Source: an uncultured Gammaproteobacteria bacterium (GTDB taxonomy: Bacteria > Patescibacteriota > Microgenomatia > UBA8517 > JACQJR01). Taken from it: DNA of 64,000 nucleotides. The stretch is taken from contig CAYTZB010000001.1 of the NCBI GenBank assembly GCA_964442455.1, forward strand, positions 21,910 to 85,909, in the 5' to 3' direction. Positions 39,022-47,936 of the stretch are shown here, piece after piece. Numbering within the stretch: the stretch's first letter is position 1; each line of letters begins with the position of its first letter. Under the pieces are notes generated by a model. That model saw only the letters and a list, made by a program, of their open reading frames with translations, was not told the DNA's origin and searched no databases. Position numbers and translations under genes: made by a program.

Positions 39022-41632
39022 CTTGTTGTTCATGCTCGGATTATTAATACCTGCCATCTTGGTTTTCAGAGCTCTATTTCTCCCTGGTCCTGCCGTATGG
39101 GGAGACGCCCCTTATTTTTATCCCGAGAAGTTAGGTGATTTTTTGTCGGAACCTGATTCTTGGGTAAGCTGGGGAAATAATTTCGGAGGAATAAATCAAA
39201 CTTTATGGCTTACCCCCTTAATGTTATTTTATGGTATCTTGTACAAGTTTTTTGGTCTGACGAACGACGTGCTAATTAGAATTATTTTTTACTTCCCTGC
39301 CGTTTTCCTTTCAATTGTTACGCCGATAATTTTTACTCGCTCGCTCGGTTTTGGGAAACTTGTCCAATTCTTTGCGTCTTTGTTTTACGTGTTCAACACG
39401 TATTTCTTATTGCTTATTGACGGGGGACAGGTTGGAGTTGCATTGGCTTTTAGTCTCTTCCCGTTAGGTTTAACTTACCTTAGGAGTTTTTTAATTCAGC
39501 CGGTTTACAGTAAGTTCTTTTTGTCCCTTCTTGTACTAGCTGTCTTGACTTCTTTTGATCCTCGTGTGGGAGTGATTTCAGTTGTATCTATATTGGTATG
39601 GATACTACTAGAGTCTTTTTTAGAAAAAAAGGAAAGAAATTTAAAGAATTTAAAGTGGTTGATACCTTTAGTTTTAGCTACAGCTGCAGTTAATAGTTAT
39701 TGGATAATTCCGCTTTTAAATTTAAGCGAAGGCGTTGATATAACTGTTTCAAATCTCGGGTTAGTGTCGCTTCTTAATGGACTTTTTTTCTTCGGGCCGC
39801 ATTGGCCGACGAACGAATTTGGCAAAGTTGTTCCGCCGCCCTTTTATTTTTTGGGACTTCCTTTGCTTATTTTCGGAAGTATTTTCCTTAAAAAGAACAG
39901 GAAAGTATTAGCTTTAGTTTTTTGTTTATTGTTCTTTGTTTTTTTGGTTAAAGGTGCGACTCCTCCGCTGGGGGAAATGTATAATTGGGTAATTGTTAAT
40001 CTCCGTTTTGGAGCCGGTTTTAGGGACTCAACTAAGTTTTTTGCTCCCTTGTTTCTCTTTGGAGGAATATTAATTGGTGTTACTGTCGGTTACTTATCAA
40101 GTAAGTTGCCCAAATTTTCCTGGTTTCTAATTGGTTTAGTTTATGTTTATCTTCTTTTCTTAATTCATCCGGCACTTTTAGGCAGTCTTAATGGAGTCTT
40201 AGCGCAGAAGACTCTGTCCGACGATTTTAGAATTGTTCACAAGAAACTGACAGAAGAAAGTGAACTTTTAAGGGCTGCATGGTTTCCAGAACGTCATCCA
40301 TTTGGGTTTCATACAGAAGAAAAGAGCGCGATTGATGCAAAGGGTTTAATTAACGAGCGGCCCTTCGCAGCACTTAACGTTGGCAATGATCCTTTTAATT
40401 TTATGCATAGGCAAGAGTTTGTAGATTGGTTTAATTTGCTAGGAGTAAAACATCTAATTTTTTCTGGTGACCCCCGTAAAATAACTTGGAATGATGATGA
40501 AAGAGAAAATTGGAGCAATTTATTGCAGCTGACTGCTACTACTTCTGGACTCTTGAAAGAAAATTGGAATACCAGTTTTCCTGTTTACAGTTTGGAAGAT
40601 ATAAAACCAAGAATGTTTGCAACGGACAAGGTTATTGCGATTGTTGGTAGTGATGATATTTACAAAAAGATTCGAGAAAATCGCGAAGATTTTTCAGTTG
40701 GAAATCAGGCATTTGTGTTTTTTGAAGATGGTAAATTTGAACCAAGAAATTTGCAAGCAGTAGCGTCGCAATCTGCAATCCTAGTGTTTAACGGTAAATC
40801 AGAGGAAGATTTGACGATGAGTTTCCTGCAAAAATATTTTATAAATCCACTTGATGCAGATTTCTCACAATGGGCAGTTGGAGTTCCTTCTGAATACTTG
40901 ATATGGAAATATCAGTTATTGATTCGTGGGGTGGACGTACAAGAGTTTGATTATGGGGAGGGAATCGCTTTCTCAACCCAAGAAGGCGAGCGGATTTCTT
41001 TTAGTTTGCGTGCCCCAGAAAATGGAGAATATGTTTTTGCATCAAGATTGTTGTCCGCAAGTGGGAAATTTAAGTGGAACTTCGAAGAAGGGATTAATTT
41101 AAAAGAGGGTCAGTTTAAAAGAGAATTTGTGAATAATGAGGGAATAAGTGTTTTAAATACAGTTGCACTTATTCCTAAGAAAGATTGGGAAGCTGCAAAA
41201 GTTTTAACAAAACAGTTCGTCGGACATTTTCGTGTTGTTAAAATTGATGATGAAGCTGGTATTCTGGAACTTAGCTCTCTTCTGGGTGGAAACTGGTATC
41301 CCGTAAATTTCCAAAAGTTAAGTAATGAAAGATATGAAGTTATTCCACCAGAGAATGCCAACTGGATAGTTTTTACTGATAGTTACAACTCGTTTTGGAA
41401 GTTAAAAAGAGGCATGGAATATTTACCTTCCTCTGCGTTTTACTCAATGGTCAATGGATTTTATTTCGACCGAAGAGGAGAAACAAGCTCTGCTTATTTC
41501 GAACCTACTTGGACCGATACAGAAATTGTTTTTCGAGATCAAGATCAGACTCGTTGGGGATTTTATTGGTCGATTATTGCTGTTCTTTTTCTTGCAGTAA
41601 TTTTTCTAATGAAATATTCTAGAAAGGAATAG
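39005..41632 (+). CDS. Large GT-C glycosyltransferase (AftD/YfhO-like)
   Basis: WGDAPY, FRDSTKF, LLGVKH, FTDSYNSFW...NGF, terminal TM. Confidence 0.65.
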   Translation: MPNRNNLLFMLGLLIPAILVFRALFLPGPAVWGDAPYFYPEKLGDFLSEPDSWVSWGNNFGGINQTLWLTPLMLFYGILYKFFGLTNDVLIRIIFYFPAVFLSIVTPIIFTRSLGFGKLVQFFASLFYVFNTYFLLLIDGGQVGVALAFSLFPLGLTYLRSFLIQPVYSKFFLSLLVLAVLTSFDPRVGVISVVSILVWILLESFLEKKERNLKNLKWLIPLVLATAAVNSYWIIPLLNLSEGVDITVSNLGLVSLLNGLFFFGPHWPTNEFGKVVPPPFYFLGLPLLIFGSIFLKKNRKVLALVFCLLFFVFLVKGATPPLGEMYNWVIVNLRFGAGFRDSTKFFAPLFLFGGILIGVTVGYLSSKLPKFSWFLIGLVYVYLLFLIHPALLGSLNGVLAQKTLSDDFRIVHKKLTEESELLRAAWFPERHPFGFHTEEKSAIDAKGLINERPFAALNVGNDPFNFMHRQEFVDWFNLLGVKHLIFSGDPRKITWNDDERENWSNLLQLTATTSGLLKENWNTSFPVYSLEDIKPRMFATDKVIAIVGSDDIYKKIRENREDFSVGNQAFVFFEDGKFEPRNLQAVASQSAILVFNGKSEEDLTMSFLQKYFINPLDADFSQWAVGVPSEYLIWKYQLLIRGVDVQEFDYGEGIAFSTQEGERISFSLRAPENGEYVFASRLLSASGKFKWNFEEGINLKEGQFKREFVNNEGISVLNTVALIPKKDWEAAKVLTKQFVGHFRVVKIDDEAGILELSSLLGGNWYPVNFQKLSNERYEVIPPENANWIVFTDSYNSFWKLKRGMEYLPSSAFYSMVNGFYFDRRGETSSAYFEPTWTDTEIVFRDQDQTRWGFYWSIIAVLFLAVIFLMKYSRKE
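41461..41502. repeat. 33-bp in-frame insertion bounded by a 9-bp direct repeat (TTATTTCGA)
   Basis: TTATTTCGA at 41461-41469 and 41494-41502; core AACAAGCTCTGCTTAT also occurs at 23874-23889. Confidence 0.7.
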
Positions 41633-41633
41633 T

Positions 41634-42905
41634 ATGGGAGATGTTTTTGGTCAAATCAGGGAGATTATCGGAGCGAAATTAACTAAAGATACAACTGTAG
41701 TTCTCTTTGGTAATTTAATTTCTTCTACGCTTGCTGTAGTTTTTACAATTTTAGCTGCTCGATTCCTAGGACCTGAAAATTGGGGGATTATTGCGGCAAT
41801 TGGAAGTTTAATTACAATTCTCGTTGCAGTTTCAGATTTGGGTCTGAGCTCTGCGCTTTTTCGATTTGTCTCTAAAAAATGGGTACAAGGAGAAAGGCAA
41901 GAAGCGCTAAATGTAACTCGCACGGTTTGGACGTTGAGGTTTATAAGCGTTTTGTTTTTTACCTCGATACTTTTATTTTTTTCTGATAGATTGACACAAG
42001 TTCTTTTAAAAACTGAAAATCCGATATTTATTATCTTGATCGCTCTGGGTCTGGTTGGAGCTTTATTTATCGACTTTCAAATTGCTGAAAGTGAAGCTCG
42101 ACAAGAATGGCGCAAAGCAGCAGTTTTTATATCATTGACAAATATTTTACGAGTTGCAGCTCTTTTTATCATTGGACTTGGAAATATTAATCTAATAAAC
42201 GTAGCCTTCGCTTTTACAAGCGCTCCAGTTGCTGCTTACATAATATCTCTTTTTTGGCAGCATATCCCGGTAGGTTTTGCACCAAATTGGCAGAAAATTG
42301 TTAAAGAAGTTATACCTTTTTCCGGCTTTATGGGAGCTAACAAAATAGTTTCTTCTTTTAATTCGAGAGTAGATGTTTTAATACTTATTCAATTGGCCGG
42401 AGCTTATGAAGCAGGGATTTATGGTGCAGCGAATAGATTAGCGATTGGCGTTCCATTAATTTTGGCTAGCTTCGCAACGGTTCTTGCCCCTCGTTTCTCG
42501 TCTTTGACAGCTCGTGAACTTCCGCAATTCTTTAAACGCTCTTTGGGTCTTTCGACAATTATAACTGTGGGGTTAATTATTGGAATTTTTATCGCGCCTT
42601 TCATAGTTTCATTGTTTGGACCGGCTTATTCCCAGTCAGGGCTTGTATTACAGTTGCTGTTTTTGTCTTTTGTTCCCGCAAGTATTTCTGTTCCTGCAGT
42701 TAATTTTGTGATTTACGGTATGCGTAAACCACAGATTATAACTTATATTTCGCTTGTCCAACTTCCGCTTATTGTACTATTGAATTTTTGGTTAATACCT
42801 CAACTGGGGGTTATTGCCCCTGCAATTGCTTTGACATTTGCTAACACTTTAACTGCCGTTGTTTGTTTTGCGGTTTCTTGGTCGACACTTAGAAAGAAAA
42901 AATGA
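41634..42905 (+). CDS. wzx: Wzx/MOP-family flippase (second)
   Basis: ARFLGPENWG, SDLGLSSAL, RVDVLIL...EAGIYGAA; about 12 TM segments. Confidence 0.8.
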   Translation: MGDVFGQIREIIGAKLTKDTTVVLFGNLISSTLAVVFTILAARFLGPENWGIIAAIGSLITILVAVSDLGLSSALFRFVSKKWVQGERQEALNVTRTVWTLRFISVLFFTSILLFFSDRLTQVLLKTENPIFIILIALGLVGALFIDFQIAESEARQEWRKAAVFISLTNILRVAALFIIGLGNINLINVAFAFTSAPVAAYIISLFWQHIPVGFAPNWQKIVKEVIPFSGFMGANKIVSSFNSRVDVLILIQLAGAYEAGIYGAANRLAIGVPLILASFATVLAPRFSSLTARELPQFFKRSLGLSTIITVGLIIGIFIAPFIVSLFGPAYSQSGLVLQLLFLSFVPASISVPAVNFVIYGMRKPQIITYISLVQLPLIVLLNFWLIPQLGVIAPAIALTFANTLTAVVCFAVSWSTLRKKK

Positions 42906-43738
42906 CTATAACAGCGCATTGTCTAGTAAAGAATGAGGCAAGGTTTGTTTGGTATGCGGTTATGTCAGTTGTGCATCACGTTGATAAGGTTTTGCTGTGG
43001 GATACGGGAAGTACGGATGGAACTTTAGAAATTGTTCGGAAAATTAAAAAGGCTGCGCCGGATAAGATTGATTTTAGAGAATACGGTTCTGTTACTCCAG
43101 AGACTTTTACAAAAGTTCGCCAGGAGATGCTGGAGCAAACCGATACTGATTGGTTTTTAATAGTTGACGGAGATGAAGTGTGGTGGGAGGAATCGATAAG
43201 AAAAGTAGTACAAGGTAGTGTGGGTAGAAATTTGGAATCAATTGTCGTGCCGACAATTAACTTGATTGGTGATATCTATCATTATCAGGAAGAAGAGGCG
43301 GGTCAGTATCATCTTACCGGAAAGAGGGGACATTTTAATTTGCGAGCAGTCAACCGCAGTATTCCGGGGTTACATTCCGCGGGCCCACATGGAACTTGGG
43401 GATGGGTGGATGCTGATAATAGAATGATTCAAGACAGGAGCACTCAAAAAATTTTATTTGTTGATGCACCATACCTTCATGCTACCTTTCTCCCCAGAAC
43501 ACTTTCGCGAGAAAAGGACTTATTAGTTCCCAAAAGGGCCCATAAATTTAAATATGAGCTGGGAATTCCTTTCCTTAGCGATTTTTATTATCCTGAAGTG
43601 TTTTTTCGCCCAAGACCTGAAATTGTTCCAAGTGTGTGGGAAAAGAGAGGTATAGCATATACACTTCGTGCAGCATTTGAGACTCCACTTAAGAAGATTA
43701 AAAGAAGATTAATTAAAGAAAGTAAGATTGGATATTAA
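42902..43738 (+). CDS. GT2 glycosyltransferase
   Basis: LVKNEAR, WDTGSTDGT, VDGDE. Confidence 0.8.
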   Translation: MTITAHCLVKNEARFVWYAVMSVVHHVDKVLLWDTGSTDGTLEIVRKIKKAAPDKIDFREYGSVTPETFTKVRQEMLEQTDTDWFLIVDGDEVWWEESIRKVVQGSVGRNLESIVVPTINLIGDIYHYQEEEAGQYHLTGKRGHFNLRAVNRSIPGLHSAGPHGTWGWVDADNRMIQDRSTQKILFVDAPYLHATFLPRTLSREKDLLVPKRAHKFKYELGIPFLSDFYYPEVFFRPRPEIVPSVWEKRGIAYTLRAAFETPLKKIKRRLIKESKIGY

Positions 43739-43755
43739 TCATCATATATGAATAT

Positions 43756-44577
43756 ATGAATAGCAAATGTATCAGTTGTGGTAAAAAGTTAAGATATTTT
43801 GGCAGAAGTGAAAGGTGGAATATCCTGCAGTGCAAAACTTGTGGTTTGGGAGTTACTCAAGGAAACGGAGAATTTACACAATACACTACTTATCACCGCG
43901 ATCCGGTATATGCGAGTGAGCAGGAGCAATTTCGTAATATTTTTGAAAAAAGAGTAGCAATACTCACAAAATTCAAACGCATCAGTCGTGCGCTTGAAGT
44001 CGGTTCATCGGTAGGAACATTCTTATCACTTCTTCAAACACGCGGATGGGAGGTGCGTGGGGTTGAACCATCGAAAGCTGCAGCGCAAGCTGCGCAAAAA
44101 GGCGGAATTCCCACAACCATCGATACATTTGAAGAAACTAATTTACCTGAAGCAACCTTTGATGTTGTAATTTTTAATCACGTGTTGGAGCATATGAGTG
44201 ACCCTTTCACTGTTCTAAGAAAGGCACATAAGGTTTTGAGAAAAGAGGGACTTGTGTTTATTGATGCACCTAATTTTGGTGGGTTGAGCGCACGGATTTT
44301 AGGTAGCCGTTGGCAATATATTTTACCAAGAGAGCACCGCTGGCATTTTACTCCTCAAGCGCTCTCACTTCTTTTGGGAAAAGCAGGATTTAAAGTGCTT
44401 TATTGGGAAACACATTCGGGAATATGGAACTATGGAAACCCCGCGAAGGAAATCTGGCAGAGTTTGATAAAACGTAGAAAACGATTTTTTATGAATATTA
44501 TAACTCTCCTTCCTTCTTTTATTGCAACCAAGATGGGAATGGGGAGCGGAGTAACAGTTATTGCACAAAAAGTATGA
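43756..44577 (+). CDS. Class I SAM-dependent methyltransferase with N-terminal CxxC..CxxC zinc ribbon
   Basis: CISC...CKTCG, ALEVGSSVG, NHVLEHM, PREHRWHF. Confidence 0.85.
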   Translation: MNSKCISCGKKLRYFGRSERWNILQCKTCGLGVTQGNGEFTQYTTYHRDPVYASEQEQFRNIFEKRVAILTKFKRISRALEVGSSVGTFLSLLQTRGWEVRGVEPSKAAAQAAQKGGIPTTIDTFEETNLPEATFDVVIFNHVLEHMSDPFTVLRKAHKVLRKEGLVFIDAPNFGGLSARILGSRWQYILPREHRWHFTPQALSLLLGKAGFKVLYWETHSGIWNYGNPAKEIWQSLIKRRKRFFMNIITLLPSFIATKMGMGSGVTVIAQKV

Positions 44578-46034
44578 GATATGGGACATACATGCTTGTT
44601 ATTTTACTGCTGGGACTTCATTTTTTTCCCCTAGTCAATCTTCAATTTACTGCTTGGCCGGAGATGTTCTCTTACCCCTATCTTCGCAATAATGGGTTTT
44701 TGATTTACAAAGATATGATTCATCCATATCCCCCTATTCTCACAATGGGACTTTCTTGGGTTTATTCGCTTTTTGGATATCAATTATGGGTATTAAAAGT
44801 TGTGGCATGGATGGCAGTTATCGTAAGTGATATTCTCGTGTTTATTATTACTCGTTCCATAACCCGCCGCGATGCACCGGCGTTTTTTGCCACTGCTGCC
44901 TATGTTTTTTTGCAACCCTTTTTAGATGGGAATATGCTGTGGTTTGATATTGCCATCGTTGTACCTATTCTTTTAGGAACTCTTTTTTTGTTAAGAAATA
45001 ACTTGTTTTTGACGGGATTATTTTTTGCAGCGGCTGCTCTTACTAAACAAACAGCGGGATTATATTTATTATTTACTATTTTCTATTTCGCAGTCCGCCA
45101 TTGGCGGACAAGAAATAAGACAGGGCTCCCTCTCTGGGGGATGTCTTATTTACTGCTTCTTTTTAATCAATTGAAATACTTATTTTATGGTCCTTTGATT
45201 TTAGGTATTCCACTTTTAGTTAGGCTTTTACAGGAGGGAGCGCTCGTTGATTTTCTAAATTGGACGATTATTTATCCTCTCACACAGTTTGGTAAATTTC
45301 CGGGATATGTGCATATGGAGGTGTCTTCTGGGCAAGCGTTTATAGGTATTCTTTTACTTGTGCCACTTTTAATTATCATGATTAAGAATAAGGTGATTCT
45401 TAAAGCTTCAGTATTTCAGGTTTTATTCCCCTTTCTAGTAATTGCGCTTATCATAATCTATCCTCGTTTTTCTTTTTTCCATTTTCAAACAGCTCTTGCA
45501 TTTCTGGTGATTATTTATGGTTATACAACAAAAGATATAAAAAAACTAACCCCTCGACTTATTGCCTATTGCCTATTGCCCCTTGCCTTAATTATTATTT
45601 TTATCCAAAAGCCAGTCCTTGCTCGAGAGTGGCAAAAAGAAGCACGGTTTTATAATAACCAGGAGTTGGCATTGGCGGAAATTGTTCAAGAAACAACCGG
45701 TTCCGATGATAATGTCTATTTGTTAGGTCTTAATTCCAGCATTTATGCTATAGCAAATAGGTTACCACCCGAAAGGTGGACGGATAATTTTGGCTGGTAT
45801 TTAGAAATTCCAAACGTCCAGGAGGAAATTATTGGTCGCTGGAATACTAATCCTCCCAAATATATTTTTTGGAGAACCCCTTCTCCTGGCAATTGGTTTG
45901 ACTTAGGGACTTATCAACCACAAAAAATTGTTCGTTGGATTGAGGAGAACTATACTAAAAAAGAAGAGGTTAGCCCAGGTATTTGGTTATGGACGAGGAA
46001 ACTTGTCCTGAGCTCTTCGGCAAGCTCGGGGTAA
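44574..46034 (+). CDS. GT-C-like membrane glycosyltransferase
   Basis: FTAWPE, YKDMIHPYPP, ALTKQ; many TM segments; carries palindromic and heptamer insertions. Confidence 0.7.
   Translation: MRYGTYMLVILLLGLHFFPLVNLQFTAWPEMFSYPYLRNNGFLIYKDMIHPYPPILTMGLSWVYSLFGYQLWVLKVVAWMAVIVSDILVFIITRSITRRDAPAFFATAAYVFLQPFLDGNMLWFDIAIVVPILLGTLFLLRNNLFLTGLFFAAAALTKQTAGLYLLFTIFYFAVRHWRTRNKTGLPLWGMSYLLLLFNQLKYLFYGPLILGIPLLVRLLQEGALVDFLNWTIIYPLTQFGKFPGYVHMEVSSGQAFIGILLLVPLLIIMIKNKVILKASVFQVLFPFLVIALIIIYPRFSFFHFQTALAFLVIIYGYTTKDIKKLTPRLIAYCLLPLALIIIFIQKPVLAREWQKEARFYNNQELALAEIVQETTGSDDNVYLLGLNSSIYAIANRLPPERWTDNFGWYLEIPNVQEEIIGRWNTNPPKYIFWRTPSPGNWFDLGTYQPQKIVRWIEENYTKKEEVSPGIWLWTRKLVLSSSASSG
45084..45151. repeat. 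In-frame double-hairpin palindromic element
   Basis: GTCCGCCA-T-TGGCGGAC (45093-45109); AAATAAGACA (45113-45122)/TGTCTTATTT (45142-45151). Confidence 0.8.
45560..45587. repeat. Intragenic heptamer array (TATTGCC)x3 plus CCTTGCC
   Basis: Read directly; encodes LIAYCLLPLA. Confidence 0.8.
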
Positions 46035-46054
46035 ACTTGAAAGGAGCCGAAGGA
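46002..46054. repeat. REP-like palindromic element at a gene junction
   Basis: CTTGTCCTGAGCTCTTCGGCAAGCTCGGGGTAAACTTGAAAGGAGCCGAAGGA; CCTGAGCT/AGCTCGGG and CTTCGGC/GCCGAAG are complementary. Confidence 0.65.
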
Positions 46055-47094
46055 TGAAAATAGCATTTTTAAATATTTATCAAGATCAAGTGCAGAGGGG
46101 TGCAGAGACATTTGTGCGAGAGCTCTCGGAAAGATTAAAAAGAAACCATGAGATTATGGTAACGAGTGGAGATAAAATTCCACCGAAGAGATGGTCTTTT
46201 GTCTGGCGCTTTTTTATAGATCCCAATGGTCTTTCCATATTGTGGTTTACACTTAAAAGTCTTCCTCGCCTTTGGAAGGAAAAATTTGATATTGTTATTC
46301 CTCTTAATGGTGGGTGGCAGCCGGCGCTTGTCCGTATTGTCACATGGTTATATGGTGGGAAAATGATAATCAGTGGACAATCGGGGATGGGATGGGATGA
46401 CAGAAATAATTTGTGGTGTTTCCCTGATGTCTTTGTGGCTATATCCAGCACTGCTCGTGATTGGGCAAGGAGAGCAAATCCATTTGTGAGAGTGGAATGT
46501 ATTACTAATGGCGTAGATTTGAATAAATTTTTACCAACAGGTAGTAAGTTTAAAAGTTTGCTTAAGAAGCCTATTGTGCTTTGCGTTGCAGCATTAACTG
46601 CGGGTAAAAGAGTTGACTTGGCAATTAAAGCAGTGGCAAAACTTGGGAATGTGAGCTTACTACTTGTCGGCGATGGTCCGCTAAAAAATGAGATAGAAAA
46701 CTTATGTAAAAAATTGCTTGGCGATAGATTTTCCGCCAGAGGCGAACCAACCTTTGGTTGGCAATTAATTAAAATGCCATATGAAGAGTTACCTACTGCG
46801 TATAGAGTGGCAGATGTCTTTACTATCCCCTCTGAAAGTTACCATTCTTTTGAGATTGTTCTTGTTGAAGCAATGGCGACAAATATCCCCGTGGTTGCAA
46901 ATGACGATCCAATTCGTCAGGAAATTGTAGGTGATGCGGGAATTTTGGTGGACCCGACGGATACGGATACATACGCAAGGGCGATTAAAAATGTATTGAA
47001 TGCTAAATGGGAAAGTAAACCGCGCAAACAGGCAGAAAAATTCTCATGGGATAAAATAGCAAAGCAGTATGAAGAGTTGTTTAAGAACTTATGA
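46054..47094 (+). CDS. GT4 glycosyltransferase
   Basis: GAETF, NGVD, GKRVDL, SFEIVLVEAMA, FSWDKIA. Confidence 0.85.
   Translation: MKIAFLNIYQDQVQRGAETFVRELSERLKRNHEIMVTSGDKIPPKRWSFVWRFFIDPNGLSILWFTLKSLPRLWKEKFDIVIPLNGGWQPALVRIVTWLYGGKMIISGQSGMGWDDRNNLWCFPDVFVAISSTARDWARRANPFVRVECITNGVDLNKFLPTGSKFKSLLKKPIVLCVAALTAGKRVDLAIKAVAKLGNVSLLLVGDGPLKNEIENLCKKLLGDRFSARGEPTFGWQLIKMPYEELPTAYRVADVFTIPSESYHSFEIVLVEAMATNIPVVANDDPIRQEIVGDAGILVDPTDTDTYARAIKNVLNAKWESKPRKQAEKFSWDKIAKQYEELFKNL
46732..46761. repeat. In-frame palindromic element (SARGEPTFGW)
   Basis: TCCGCCAGAGGCGAA CCAACC TTT GGTTGG; similar to 58438-58464. Confidence 0.7.
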
Positions 47095-47936
47095 GTAAAG
47101 TTTCTGTGATTATCCCGACATACAACGAGGAAAACACTATTGCTGAGTGTTTAGAGTCCCTTTCTCAACAAACCTACAAAGATACGGAGATAATAGTGGT
47201 TGATGACGGCTCTACAGATAATACTCTTAATGTTGTTGAGACTGTTCACTGTTCACTGTTCACTGTTCACTTGCTGCGCCAGAAGCACAAAGGTCCTGGT
47301 GAAGCGAGAAATTTGGGAGCAAAAAATGCAAAAGGTGAAATACTTGTTTTTGTTGATGCTGATATGACGTTTGAGAGGGATTTTATAGAGAAATTGGTCG
47401 CACCAATAATAAGAGGGAAGGCAAGTGGCACGTGGAGTCGCGAAGAATATGTTTTAAACTGGGATAACGTTTGGGCAAGATGTTGGAATATTAATGAGGG
47501 ATGGGAGGAGAGGAAACGCCATCCTAAAAATTACCCGCCCACACAGAAGGTTTTTAGAGCACTTTTAAAAAGTGAATTTGATAATGTAGGAGGATTTGAA
47601 CGTGGTGGGTATTATACGGATGACTGGAGTTTAAGTGAGAAACTTGGATATGAAGCAGTAGCTGCCCCTGGCGCGAAGTTTTATCATGCAAATCCCAGTA
47701 ATCTTTCTGAAGTTTTTAACCACGCCAAGTGGGTTGCGAAAAGACCCTATAAATTGGGAATCTTAGGAGCAACTTTTGCCTTTTTTCGTGCAACATTGCC
47801 AGTATCACTAGTAGTAGGACTTGTAAAATCCGTCCTTAATAAAACGCCTCATTTCTTCATCTTTAAAATTGTTTATGATTTTGGAATTTTTGTAGGAATT
47901 TTGGAATATCTGCTAACAGGTAAAGGAGCAAAGTGA
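47091..47936 (+). CDS. GT2 glycosyltransferase
   Basis: VSVIIPTYNEE, VDDGSTD, ARNLGA, FVDAD. Confidence 0.9.
   Translation: MSKVSVIIPTYNEENTIAECLESLSQQTYKDTEIIVVDDGSTDNTLNVVETVHCSLFTVHLLRQKHKGPGEARNLGAKNAKGEILVFVDADMTFERDFIEKLVAPIIRGKASGTWSREEYVLNWDNVWARCWNINEGWEERKRHPKNYPPTQKVFRALLKSEFDNVGGFERGGYYTDDWSLSEKLGYEAVAAPGAKFYHANPSNLSEVFNHAKWVAKRPYKLGILGATFAFFRATLPVSLVVGLVKSVLNKTPHFFIFKIVYDFGIFVGILEYLLTGKGAK
47241..47270. repeat. Perfect intragenic heptamer array (ACTGTTC)x4
   Basis: actgttcactgttcactgttcactgttcac. Confidence 0.95.
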
